A DNA stretch of 64,000 nt. Origin: Marsupella aquatica (Eukaryota; Plantae; Marchantiophyta). The stretch spans positions 15,058,699 through 15,122,698 of the forward strand of contig OZ316894.1 in assembly GCA_973895155.1 (NCBI GenBank), read 5' to 3'. The notes below the pieces were generated by a model that did not search any database, had not been told where the DNA came from, and saw only the letters and a program-made list of their open reading frames with translations. Below are positions 46,379 to 58,699 of the stretch, piece by piece. A program made the position numbers and the translations under genes. Each line of letters opens with the position of its first letter. Position 1 is the first letter of the stretch.

Positions 46379-49300
46379 TACATATAACGCGAGAATTCAA
46401 ACTACTATCCTATACTACTAAGCTATACTTACGAGGAACTTACTAAACAAAGAATCTCCACGACACCGTGTGAACAAAATAACATCATTCCAAATAGATT
46501 ATAAAATATTTTTATACAATTATCTGCAAATTTACAATGAATACAAACATATTTCTAGTACTATCCAAGGGGCTTAACACGAGTCAATTAAATATCTAAA
46601 CCAAGTGCTCCATACAATGTGTATTTGAGCATGTAACATGGAGCCTTAAGGGATGAGTCCAAGGCCCGAATTCCTTTTTCAAGATTTTCATGATTTTTCC
46701 AAAAGTGCTTTAAAAAAACATATAAAAATGAAACATGTTTTGTGAACTTTGCTATTATAATTCTTTCAATGAAAATCTTGGGATATTTTCAACATCATTT
46801 TCACAATTACCAAAAACAACAAATCCATACTTAATTACAAACATAAAATTTACGGTCTTTGATCTGAGTTTGTGCAAACTCAAAATCTTAATTAGAATGC
46901 CACTATCCATTGTAGGTGTGCATCTAAGTCCACTAAATCTCTAAATACAATGCAACTCAACTAATCTAAGGCTTCTCTAACCTCCTCTCCACTTCTAGAA
47001 GATCCTTGCTTCAATCCGAGCTAGCTCAATAGTTACATCTTCTGTTGCACCCTCTACTCTGGTGCGCTTCACGTCCTCCCCACTCTCTTGATCCATACCA
47101 ATATTGAAATGTACATCGAGTTTGATTTGGGCAGCCACCCGGCTTCATGAAATCATGAAGCCGGGTTCTCACCTGAAAGAAGCTACCTGATCCTCCTAGC
47201 TCCCTCCAATTAGTTCCCCCAAGCTCGATAGTTCTCTTTGCTTCTGCTCCCAATCCACCCACCTTGGACTCATTTTTGACCCAGACCAGGCCTGGTCAAC
47301 CCTTAATCCTCCCTAGATCAATCTTGATTCCCGATCGGCCCTCCCCCGGTCCCTGATTAGTGAAACCCTTCCCCAATCCTAAACCCTCCCCCCCGATCTT
47401 TTACCGCTCCCCCTCCAATGTTTGATCATCCCCTTGATGCTCGACTGCCCTCCTCCGGTGCTCCATCCCCCTCTGATGGTTGATCGTTCCCCTGACGGTC
47501 GATTGTCCACCCTCCTCCAATCCCTAAATGGCCCCCCTTCCAATCCCCTTCCAATCCCCTTCCAATCCTTATCAATCCCATTCCAATCTCCCTTGCTCCC
47601 TCTCCCATCCTCCACTCGCTCCCCCTTCAATCCTTAGGTCTGCTCGATTGAGATCTAGCTCTCAAGCTCAATTTTTCACAAATTATCCCTGATCCTTTGT
47701 GGCTATCTCCCCTAATTGGAATCTGTCTCATTTAATCAGAGTCTACCACAGCTAATTCAAGCAGCAGTCAATCACAGTAGAAGCTCATTCAATAACCAAA
47801 TCTGAGAAATCAAAGTCCAACACTCAGGTGAAATCCAGCAATCAAAGCATCAACATCAAACCAGGAATTCAAAATTTCAGCTTCAGGATTTTGAAGGCGA
47901 CAGCAGAGATTAGCAGTCGTTCCCAGACCATAAATTAGGCCTGACCTCAATCGGCAGCTGATGACAGCACCTTGATGCGACTTGAGCTTAAGTGAGGGGC
48001 AATAGCCCTCTCCAGGCCGCAGCCTCCTTTGCCATAGCCAATTGGCTACCCTAGCCCTTTGTAGGTCATTGAGCCTGCAACAGAGTCTTTGCCCTTTGTA
48101 TTTTGTCACAACCAGTTTTGGGGTTCATGAATTCATGAAGCTTTTGGTTTCTCAGTTTCCCAGGTGGTAGCCCCTTCATGAATTCATGAAAGAGAATAAG
48201 GTATCTTAGGGAGAGAATCTCCAGAATAGCCAAAAGAAAGACTTCAAAAGTGAAAGAAAAGGGGATAAAGACAAACCACTCAATCTCAAGAAATGCAAAA
48301 AATATGGTGAAATAAAAGCAAAAAGTGCTCCAAATGCCAATATTCCAAAAAGCATATGGAAACAGTAGGTCAACAAGACAAACTCTCCAATCATGAGTCA
48401 TGGAAGTACGTATCTTGGTGGGCAAAAACATATGGGTTTTTAATGCCAATGTTTATCCTCATGAAACGTGGGAATGCAAACCTAAAAATGATTTATTTCT
48501 CCAAGTAAACTGGATTGCGTAGTCCAAACAATATTGTGAGATTAATAATTGAGCAATCTAGTAAAGGGAGGTATGGGGAAGGGAAAAGGCCCAAAGAAGC
48601 CCTAAGTTGCCCAACAAGCCAAAAAGTCAAAGGACTAGGATACCACCTAGTAGCCAAGAAGACTAATTAATAAAGTGTTGTGTCATAAAAAACTTTTGGA
48701 AATATAATTTTTTCAACTTTTTCCTTGACTTGTTCATCTATGTCATGAAAGGATTGGCTTAATTATTGAAAAATGATTTAAGCATTTCTTATTCATTTAA
48801 ATTAGAGAAAGGACCAATTAAGTTCAAATAGGCGTCCTCTATTCATGAAAACATGTTATTTCATTTGTTTCAAGTTAAAGGGTTTTTGCTCTTTTGTGTG
48901 TTTTGTCTACATTAAGTTCTTCTCACTCATTTGAGAGCACTAGCCTCCCCGGGCGTTAAGTTCTATCCCATGTGGTTGAGACTAGTGTTAATTTGGGTGT
49001 CCGACTCAAGGGTCTTCAAGATAGTGGACAGTTGAGAAAGCGGACTCATGAATTCATGAAGACCGATTGTAACAAGTTTCTAAAAACACTAAGTCCTGTC
49101 TCAAAACCAGATTGTTGTGCATTTTGGAAAGGTCAAGCGTTGCAACAAGCACCAAGGGGAGAGAGTGAATATGGTCGTCTGACATCTCTCAAATTCCAGG
49201 AAGGTGTAAGAGCGCTGACACAAGCGGGGACACAAGAAGACCTACTGAGGCTGCAAATAATTCCGGCAAGGAAAGGATCATCACAAGAAGGTCACCCGGG

Positions 49301-49968
49301 CACACTTGCATCATTTGGCTGAGATTGGAAGCCAATCAATATCAAGAAATTAACTTGAAGGGGAAGAATAAGAATTTGGAAGAGGTCCCCAAGAAGAGGT
49401 TGGGGGAGCCCAGTTGGGTCAATATGTTTGTGAAATTCAGATGTTGCCTAACAAATCAAACTCAGGCATGTTGAGAGCCAGGTTGAGAGTAAAAGAGGAG
49501 CCATTGAGTGATCTGATTTGGATCAGAACGGGTACATCTGGAAGCGTAGGTGGTGAATTTGTGGAGATATCATCTTCCATTGAAAAGTCTTCCTCAAAGA
49601 GTGAAGGGGCGCATGTTGGAGAGTCAAAAAGAGATCATATTTTATGAATTTGAAAATTTCCCAAGTCTAATAAATTATGGAGGTAATTTGATCATTTGTT
49701 AAAAATACAAATCATGTTTTGGTAAAAATTGCTAAAATGGCATAGTAAAATTATAGGTAGTAATTTTATCAAAAGTAAGTTGAGATCATTTTGTAATTAG
49801 GAGATGGTGAAAAAAGTGTGTCATTTTAATACTTTCAGTTTGTTTTATAATTTTGTCAAAAAACAGGTAGTATTTTTGGCCACTTTTTTGCCATTTTCTT
49901 TGTTTCTGCAATTTTTTTACGAGAGTGCTTAGAGTTTGGGCTTGTTACTCACCCTTTAAGGCTTCTTG

Positions 49969-50994
49969 TTATGTGCCCCTGTTTCCTTTCCTATCTACCC
50001 TATTGTCACGGTTGCAACGCCCTTTATTTTCAAGGAGTTGAAATTTGGTGGTGTTATTCCTAATGGCTATAATCTCCCGCAAAAAGTGTCTGGGATTTTC
50101 TCTATATGGACCTGAATAGTCCTTTCCTAAAAATGATTTAGCAAGTGAGTTGATAAGTGCATTGTCAAGTTCCTCCTCAGGACGTAAACTACATATACGA
50201 TGCTTTACATTCCAAGGGATCTCATTGTTGTTGAGGTCCAACACACTATGCGTAAAGTGTGACTTCCAAATTGTTGTTGCAGATTTCTTGCTAAGTTGAT
50301 CATAAGTAATCTCATTTTTTGCCTTGTCTCTCTTCATGTGCAAAAGAGACCACTTTGGAGAGTTGAGAAGAAGATAACATCGAATGTCACTTGCATGTGA
50401 AAGTTTCTCAAGACATGGCCAAAGAATTGCTAGAAGAAAATTATCTCCACAATTGGCATGCGTGTAGGGCACTGGAAATAATCTGGTCATGTCTGGGTTG
50501 GCAAATGCCTTAAGGGGGGAGTCATCCACAAGGAGAGTGTTGGTTTCATCATATAGATTTCCAAATGCATTCCATACCACCCAAAAATCCTTTAGTAGCA
50601 CATTTGCCTTTCCGTTTGTATTGTCACGCCTTTGAATGCCTATGTCAAAAGCTTCCACCTGTGTGAATACAAACTGGAGTTTTGACCTCTCCTCATCAGT
50701 GAACATCATGTTCAACATTTTCATTGTTTGCGGTATCCCAACACATGTCCAAATTGCAACGTCAAATCTGTCAAAAACCAACTTTAGAAACTCATGGAGC
50801 CCTGGTCGTTCTATATACATGCGACTAATACCATTTTTTCTATCCCAATGCACTCCACTTGAGGTGACAATATTCCTGGATGTGCCCTTGCTTTGGAATT
50901 CAACAGAATCCCAAAGTATTTTATTAAGGTCCAAAATCAGCAACTTCCGCTTGACGGGACCAGGTCTCGATTTTGCAAGTGCACCAAACACCAT
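49969..50994 (-). CDS. HAD-superfamily FCP1/NIF-like phosphatase-domain protein
   Basis: RKLLILDLNKILW, ERPGLHEFLKLVFDRFDVAIWT, LLKDFWVVW...YDETNTLLVDDSPLKAFANP. Motif I is DLNxxL rather than DxDxT. Confidence 0.85.
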   Translation of the reverse strand: MVFGALAKSRPGPVKRKLLILDLNKILWDSVEFQSKGTSRNIVTSSGVHWDRKNGISRMYIERPGLHEFLKLVFDRFDVAIWTCVGIPQTMKMLNMMFTDEERSKLQFVFTQVEAFDIGIQRRDNTNGKANVLLKDFWVVWNAFGNLYDETNTLLVDDSPLKAFANPDMTRLFPVPYTHANCGDNFLLAILWPCLEKLSHASDIRCYLLLNSPKWSLLHMKRDKAKNEITYDQLSKKSATTIWKSHFTHSVLDLNNNEIPWNVKHRICSLRPEEELDNALINSLAKSFLGKDYSGPYRENPRHFLREIIAIRNNTTKFQLLENKGRCNRDNRVDRKGNRGT

Positions 50995-51215
50995 TCTCAG
51001 AGAAAAGACCAAAAGTGAACTTTGGATTAGGATTGTGTCAGTCCAAAAATACAAGACAATGGCTAACAAAAAAGAAAATTAACCTATACCGTTTTTAGAA
51101 GCCTCACAATGTGTAGACGGATATGGAGACTTTAATTGGTGAGTGCATTCTGTGAGACCGAGAAGTATTTTAGATTGGTATGAATAAATAGAAAGTCAAA
51201 AGCTGAATTTCATTC

Positions 51216-54200
51216 CTAAATAAGAGATCTGTATTCATCAATAATCATGTCAGCACCAAGCTCCTGTTGGATTTCAAAACTGACATCTAAAGTACTTTGT
51301 TCTACCCAATAAGGTGAAGTCCGAACATGAGTAAACAACCCCAATTCTCTCCTCTTATACTCCTCCTTATTGAGAATTGAAGGAGCAGCATCCAATGATA
51401 TTTCTTGGCCTCTATTTGGCCCACTTTTCCATACGTAACATTGTAAGTCGCGTTCCAATGACCTTCATCCAGTTGATCCAACTCTATTCCCTTTCTTTTT
51501 TGAGAGCGGAAGGACAATAGGACTCCCCGTGTGTGAACACACGAACACCAATTTGTCATCTGAAGTTGAAAAGAGTGTGTCAGGACAAGTTGAAGCACCT
51601 GCCTGGTTGTCAGCAGCCGTTGATGCATTTTCTCCTGGATTGATGGGAATGTCAGGCAATCCGCCAGTCTCCCCCCAAGTCAATTCTTGAGTTTCAGCTT
51701 TATTTGAATCTCCAAGCCTCGTTGCACCTTCATTGATCAGATTGGTTGAAGAAAGATGATCAAACGTATCAACCCTTGCTCCTTCCATTTGCTCCATCTG
51801 TCCTCCCGGCGTTGTTGGATTGGGATCGTCCTTGTCCAAGTTATCATCAACTTGAACTTCATTGGGCCCCGAAGGGATGCCATCTAAACCAGATGAACGG
51901 TTTGGTGCAAGACCAATATCATCATCTACATCGTAAGGCTCACCTTGACCAACACGGTCATCTAAATTCTTGACATATGCCTCCTCTGATGCCTCTATGG
52001 CTTCAGCCACTTTGTCAGCAACATCTTTAGACTCAGAACCGGTTGATTCAACAGCGACAACTACAGCCGCAATAGTGGTAGCCCATTGTCAAGAATTTTC
52101 AGCAAGTGATTCACAATGGGCTTTAAGTGAGGGAACTCTCTTGCAAAGGTAGGAAGCAAAAGCTTCCACAAAATGCCTCTCAGACTAAGAGTCACAATAA
52201 ACAAAGTATTCCCTATCGCAAAAAAATGATGTCTTCATGACTTGGCCACCGGAGAAAAAATCTAGAACCAAATCTCCCAATTCTAACAAGGATTCAATAA
52301 TCCTTTGGATCATCCATGTGGGTTTGGCATGAGGATTAACCCACCCTTCGCGACTGCCAATTGTCTCAAATCGAGGGGCCATATTCATAATCTTGACGAC
52401 CTCTTCCGGGTCCAAAACCACTTTTAGGTTGTCGTTTTGTGTCCCCTCATCTGATTCCTTAGCCTTCCCCTTTCCCTTGTTGATCTTGCATACTTTGTAA
52501 TCAACATCCTTTGAAGTATACAAGAATTTTGGCTTTGGATAGTTGGGCTTGAAAACTTCATTCCAATTGACGTCTTCATCTTGAGAAATCCCCGCAAAGA
52601 TAACTTCTTCAATCCCCCCACCCCAACATGAGTCATGAGGGTGCGGTTGATCATCTTGGGAATAACTCCCATACTCAATGTGAATGGTCAAAGCTTTCTC
52701 TTGTCCCAATTTACAAAGGGCACCATGGACATTCAGTGCAAGTTGTCCAGGATGAATTGTTATCGTCACAACAATTGTGGGATTTTGTGGAAGCTCCACA
52801 ATGTATTCAAAGAGAACAAGAATCTCTGCTTCAATCCACTGTTTTGGCGGAAGCCGGCTAAAATCAACACTAGCAAGAGCGCAGGTCGGAGGAGCTTCTC
52901 GCAATGACTCTGGATCAATGGTCTTCATGAGATTGTTGCTAAAAAATGTAACCCATGGTAGGGTCCGAGAACGTGATCCTCTGCCAAATTTCTGGCAGAA
53001 TACATCATCTAGGCAGAATGCCAATGCCGTTGGCAAGATTGCGCTCTCCCGCGTATGGTTTGGCTTTAAAAGGTTGGCAAGATAGACCTCGCCAGCGGCT
53101 CTTCGACACCTGCTGAACTCTAAATCAATTGCTAGCGTAGGAAGAACCTCAAATACTTTCCCCCAATTAGTATTTGTCGGGAAATTCACCGCATCCTTGG
53201 TGCAATAGTAGTCTTCAATAAGGGACTTTAGTTTCCGCACGATCTTCACATCTTTGGCCAACTCCTCTATAGATGGCATGTTCTGATTTATTAGAGGCAT
53301 CTTTCTTTAGCAATACCTTTCCTGACTTCACCCGCGTTAGTATTCTTGTGATGTCTTGTTGTGAGATCAACTCACCATCAAAACAACAAAACATGGCAAT
53401 AGTAATTGCTTTTTCAGACTTCTCATTTCCTTCTACCCAGCTCCATCAAGAAGTTTCCCATCCAACCACAACTGGCATACCAAACTCCATGAATAAAAAA
53501 GAGCATTGTCCGCAAACAATAACCAGTAAACATTTCGACAATCTTTCCTTCCCATGGTCATTCTTGCAAGAGCCAACCAATCCTACAATTGCAAAGGAAA
53601 GTCTGTTAGTTCTCCATAACTCAATTGTTTGGAAGCACTCAGGTGCGGACTGAGACCATCCCAATCCAACACAGAACTAGACAGTATCAGTGGAAATATT
53701 CTATTGAATGTGCATGATTTAGTTTGGACTGGGACCATCCCAGTCCAAAACAAAACTAGACGATATCAGTGGAAATATTCTATTGAATGTGCATGATTTA
53801 GTTTGGATTGGGACCATCCCAGTCCAAAACAAAACTAGACGGTATCAGTGGAAAAATAATCTATTGAATGTGCATGAATCCATTTGGACTGGGACCATCC
53901 CAGTCCAACACAAAACTAGACGATATCAGTGGAAAAATTCTACTAAATGTGCATGTATCCATTTGGACTTGGACCATCTCAATCCAAACCAAACTTGAAG
54001 CTTTGTGGTCAAAGACTACCATCTCAATTGTAACCACATATGGAGAGTCTACGGTATTGTACCCATCAAGCAGTAACACTTCATACCTGAATTTTTGATT
54101 GTCTTGTGCGTTTGTTTTGTTGTCCCCATGTTTTGGCCGGCTAGGTCTTCCACATTCCACAAATTGTCGCCTAGCATGAACGACTGTATCTTTGAAGCAT

Positions 54201-55723
54201 GACTGAAACACCATTGTGCTATTGATAGCATTAGATCGCATTGAATGCTCAACTAATATTGACGATGGTGTTCAATGAGATAATATTCTTGACTTTTGAA
54301 ATTCCAGCTTTTTTGCCAATGCTGTTAGCTTGGCATCCTTGTTTGCCCATTCTCGAATCCATCTGGCTGCTCTGGCCGAATGTTGACCGCTAATGGCAAG
54401 GAACCTTGCCCTTTTTCACGGCTGCTACAAAGTCCCTCCTATCTGATTCTGTGTTGTCATACTGCATTAGGTTTCTATGTTTTGTAGTGTAAGGAATCAA
54501 GTCTACTATGTGTGATTCATGCCCCGGATTTCTTATCATGGAATTGGCCACCTCCTTTACATGGTTTGCATTCAACATTTTGTAACAGAGTCTTGCCGAT
54601 GCAGGAAAATACTCTCTACGGGAATAGAAAATATAGAATTGATCCCAAACGTATAATATTGCTCCATTTGTTGCAGTACCTCATTACCTTCTAAGACCTT
54701 CTTCTCCTCAGGAGCGTCCAACTGCTTGTCCACATCTTGTGAATGCATTGTCAGGTTTTTTGTAGTGTCATCCATGATGGCACTGTCAATTTTTTGTTTC
54801 TTCTTCTGTCTTGGCCTCTTTTCACTTGCACTTGGCTTCTCAACCGGACGTTTCTTCTCAACTTGCTTCTCAACTCGGCTTCTCGTACTCGGCTTCTCAA
54901 CTGGCTTCTCAACTCGACTTCTCAAACTCTGCTTCTCAACCGGCTTCTCAACTGGAAGTTTCTTCTCAACCGGAGGTTTCCTTTGGCTTTGTTTTCGTTT
55001 TCCCATTGCTCTTTGAGAGGTCGCTACTGTAGTTCCCACGGTCTCTGTTGTAGGTTCTGGAGCTTTCTCTGGCGCTTTCTCGGATACAGGGTTTGTATTC
55101 ACCGCTGAAAGCTTTCTTGCCTTGGACAAAGATTCTATCCACTACTTTGCTTTGACTAAATCAAACTTGGGAGCAAATGCAACATCCTTATCAATTAAAA
55201 CACCAGGCTCCTCCGACTCCAACGATAACAATCCAGCTTTCTCAAGTAAATTGCTTAACGTCCAGGTAGTTGGAAAAGAGAAATTGCCTTGGTGCTTCAT
55301 CATGTTGAGTTTCAAATATTGAAACCCATACATAATGTCAACTGGAAGCATACCAGTTACCCCGTCGACCAACTTCTTTGTGTCATAGATCTTTGGAAAA
55401 AATCCCATTGACAAAACGCTCAATTCCCCACTTGCGTGCCATTTGACATTGAATTCAAAGGAGTATGTCTTTGACAAAAGGTTAACTTTAACCCAACAGG
55501 ACCTATCGTGCATCTCTAGAATGACCGAATTCATCCCTCTCCCCCCAATGCCAACAGAGACCACAGGTCCACAAACAAAAGTCAGGCTATCATTTGCTCT
55601 GCACTTTAAGGTCAAAACAGGTTCAATTGTGCTTGATGGCACTTCATTATTAAGCGGGGTTCTTGAGAACTCAAGCCCCCATCGGAAGCCTAGGGATCTC
55701 TCATCTAGTAAGAATCCGTCCAA
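51216..55723 (-). pseudogene. Decayed multidomain gene: OB-fold-like, Lys-rich linker, ParB/Srx-like domain, DNA amino-(N4/N6)-methyltransferase-like domain, acidic tail
   Basis: ORFs 55142-55723 and 54572-55129 share a frame across one stop. ORFs 52185-53300, 51465-52010 and 51216-51458 share a frame across three stops. Motifs: FVCGPVVSV...ILEMHDRSCWVKVNL; LNANHVKEVANSM...FLAISGQHSARAA (~54370-54400); NPHAKPTWMIQRIIESLLELGDLVLDFFSGG...DREYFVY. Confidence 0.65.
53647..53995. repeat. ~79-bp tandem repeat (about 4.5 copies), each with dyad TTGGACTGGG-accat-CCCAGTCCAA, probably intronic
   Basis: Dyads at ~53647 (partial), 53724, 53803, 53884 and 53963. Confidence 0.9.
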
Positions 55724-55879
55724 GCAGTCGGTCGGTGCAATCGTGGTTTTGAAACCAACAAGATCGAGCCTGCATCATAAACATCATCCATGTTAGACTT
55801 AAAACTTGTTGGATTAGGATGGTCCTAGTCCAACTTGAGATGGTTTTAGACTTGCTCCTACAATCGGGATTCAATCTCC

Positions 55880-56310
55880 TGGATAGATTAGGATCCTCCA
55901 AGTCCAACTTTGGATTTGGATGGTCCGAGTCCAACTTTGGATTGGGATCATCCAAGTCCAACTTTGGATTGGGATGGTCCAAGTCCAACTTTGGATTGGG
56001 ATCATCCAAGTCCAACTTTGGATTGGGATGGTCTGAGTCCAACTTTGGATTGGGATCATCCGAGTCCATCTTTGGGTTGGGATCATTCGAGTCCAACTTT
56101 GGATTGGGATGGTCCGAGTCCAACTTTGGATTGGGATCATCCAAGTCCAACTTTGGATTGGGATGGTCTGAGTCCAACTTTGGATTGGGATCATCCGAGT
56201 CCATCTTTGGATTGGGATCATTCGAGTCCAACTTTGGATTGGGATGGTCCGAGTCCAACTTTGGATTGGGATCATCTGAGTCCAACTTTGGACTCGAATG
56301 GTCCCAGTCC
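55880..56310. repeat. 27-bp tandem array (ttggattgggat(ggt/cat)ccgagtccaact), open as DSDDPNPKL repeats on the minus strand
   Basis: About 15 highly similar units. Confidence 0.95.
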
Positions 56311-56554
56311 TCTAAGACTTAGGGAGGATAGGTGATGGATACTTACTAGGAATTTGTGATTGAAATTGTCTAGAGTCTTCGAGTGCCAGTTCTACACTGT
56401 CACTTATAGAGGAGAGGTAAAACTCCTCCGTTGCTTCCACGGTGGACAGCACAAGGACGCAATTTGCTTCCATCTTGCTGACCCGTGGCATCTTAGCAGG
56501 CATCTGATCTAGGTCAATGAAAAATAATGGAGGTGGAGGCGGAAGGCGGAGGCA

Positions 56555-56960
56555 GAAAGCGAGCAGAGAGTGGAGAGCAAGAGCGAGAGCAAGAGAGCGG
56601 AGAGTGAGAGCAGAGAGCAAGAGCGAGAGCAAGAGAGCGGAGAGCAAGAGCAAGAGAGCGGAGAGCGAGAGCAAGAGAGCGGAGAGCAAGAGCAAGAGAG
56701 CGGAGAGCGAGAGCAAGAGAGCGGAGAGCGAGAGCAAGAGAGCGGAGAGCAAGAGCAAGAGAACGGAGAGCAAGAGAGCGGATGGCGAGAGGAGAGCAAG
56801 AGAGCGAGGAGCAAAGCAAGAGGAGAGCGAGAGGAGGAGGAGAGCAAGAGCAAGAGAGCGGAGAGTGAGAGAGCAAACGGCGAGAGAAGAGCGAGAGAGC
56901 AAGGAGCAGAGAAAGAGGAGGAGGAGAGCGAGAGTGAGGAGCGGAAAGTGAGAGAATGAG
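56555..56960. repeat. GA-rich low-complexity repeat (gagcaagagagcggagagc), a CT-rich leader on the minus strand
   Basis: Purine-rich ~21-bp units. Confidence 0.9.
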
Positions 56961-57825
56961 AATGAGGTCCTGGTTGGACCTCTTCATCCCTTTACCCCCT
57001 CCTGCCTCACCCCGGCCTACGTACGATCGGTTGCCTCTGTACGGCCATCCTGCGTACGGCCTGCTCCTGCGCACAACCTTCCTGCCTTTCTGCATGCGGC
57101 CTGCTCCTGCATATGGCCCATTTCCCTCACCCTAAATATGGGCCTCCTTCCTTGATGTCCTGCCCAACAACCTTGCATGGTAGTCCCGGCGCAATTAGGC
57201 TCATGAAGATAAGGTGTGTCTGCAAGCTAAGGTGAAGGGGTACTCGACCCTTATCTTCATGCGATTTCTGGTTGAGCCGACTCAAGCGAAGGGTATAATG
57301 CGGGAGACGCCCACTTTGGAGCTCATTCTTGTTCTAGTTTCCCAAATCTAAGCTCCATGTAATCCGGAGTTTCTCTTAAAGTTTTATGTATTGAGCCACT
57401 TACCTTCAATGGGTCAGCTTAGCCAGCTTCTTGACTTTTGGAGTCCTCTCAGTTTATCTTTTACAGACATGTGTGGTTTAGGGTTCAGTAGGTTTTTTAC
57501 TCCCGAGATTTAGTAGCATATAGCTTGGATTTCAAGGTTCTAGGAAAGTTTTTACCAATCCACAAACAACAATGTATACCCCTTGGATGTGATATTCATC
57601 TTCTACCAGATCTTAATACTAAGGTGAGTATAAGGTTAATGCATTCAAATATAAGGTTCCATTATTTCATGAGACTGTATGTAGACATTAGGGTCTGCCT
57701 TAAGACCACGCAAACTTTAGGCTACACCATATAGGGAGATCCGTAAAATATGGAGTCTTCCTAAATTTGGATTTGTCTTAGCTTAAGATGTTTGAAGTTT
57801 ATCTCCCATGCATTACATGGGTTGG

Positions 57826-58672
57826 TCTAGGATGGTCCTAGTCCAAGTTTGGATTTGGATGGTCCGAGTCCAACTTTGCATTAGGATCATCCGAGTCCAA
57901 CTTTGCATTAGGATCATCTGAGTCCAACTTTGCATTGGGATCATCCGAGTCCAACTTTGCATTGGGATCACCCGAGTCCAATTTTGGATTGAGATCATCC
58001 GAGTCCAAGTTTGGACTTGGATGGTCCAAGTCCTAGTTTGGATTGGGATGGTCCGAGTCCAACTTTCCATTAGGATGGTCTGAGTCCAACTTTGGATTGG
58101 GATGGTCCGAGTCCTAGTTTGGACTTGGATGGTCCAAGTCCGAGTTTGGATTGGGATGGTCCGAGTCCAACTTTGGATTGGGATGGTCCGAGTCCAAGTT
58201 TGGACTTGGATGGTCCAAGTCCTAGTTTGGATTGGGATGGTCCAAGTCCTAGTTTGGATTGGGATGGTCCGAGTCCAAGTTTGGATTGGGTTGGCCCAAG
58301 TCCTAGTTTGGATTGGGATGGTCCGAGTCCTAGTTTGGATTGGGTTGGCCCAAGTCCTAGTTTAGACTTGGATGGTCCAATTCCAAGTTTGGATTGGGAT
58401 GGTACTAATCCAACTTTGGACTGGGATGGTCCCAGTCCAAATCTAGATTCGGAGGATCGTAGTCCAAATCCAGACTCAGAGGATTGCAGTCCAAATCCGG
58501 ACTCGGATGGTCCCAGTCCAAATCCAAAATCAGAGGATTGTAGTCCAAATCCAAACTTGGATGGTCCCGGTCCAAATCCGGACTCAGATGGTCCCAGTCC
58601 AAATCCAAAATTGGAGGATCGTAGTCCAAATCCAGACTTGGATGGTCCCGGTCCAAATCCAAACTTGGTTGG
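57826..58672. repeat. Second 27-bp tandem array of the same family (about 30 units, with sub-variants)
   Basis: ttggattgggatggtccgagtccaa units, drifting to agtccaaatccggactcggatgg variants. Confidence 0.93.
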
Positions 58673-58699
58673 TCTAAGTAAAAATTTAGATTCAACATT

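Noticed and set aside
52185-53300. Claiming an active DNA methyltransferase
   Set aside because: No DPPY/NPPY/SPPY motif is visible and the gene has several stops and frameshifts, so only an MTase-like fold is proposed.
56312-57095. Leu/Ser-, Arg/Glu-rich ORFs on both strands
   Set aside because: These are translations of a GA/CT low-complexity repeat.
53647-58672. Palindromic repeats resembling a CRISPR array
   Set aside because: The intervening sequences are themselves repeated rather than unique spacers, no cas genes are present, and the context is eukaryotic.
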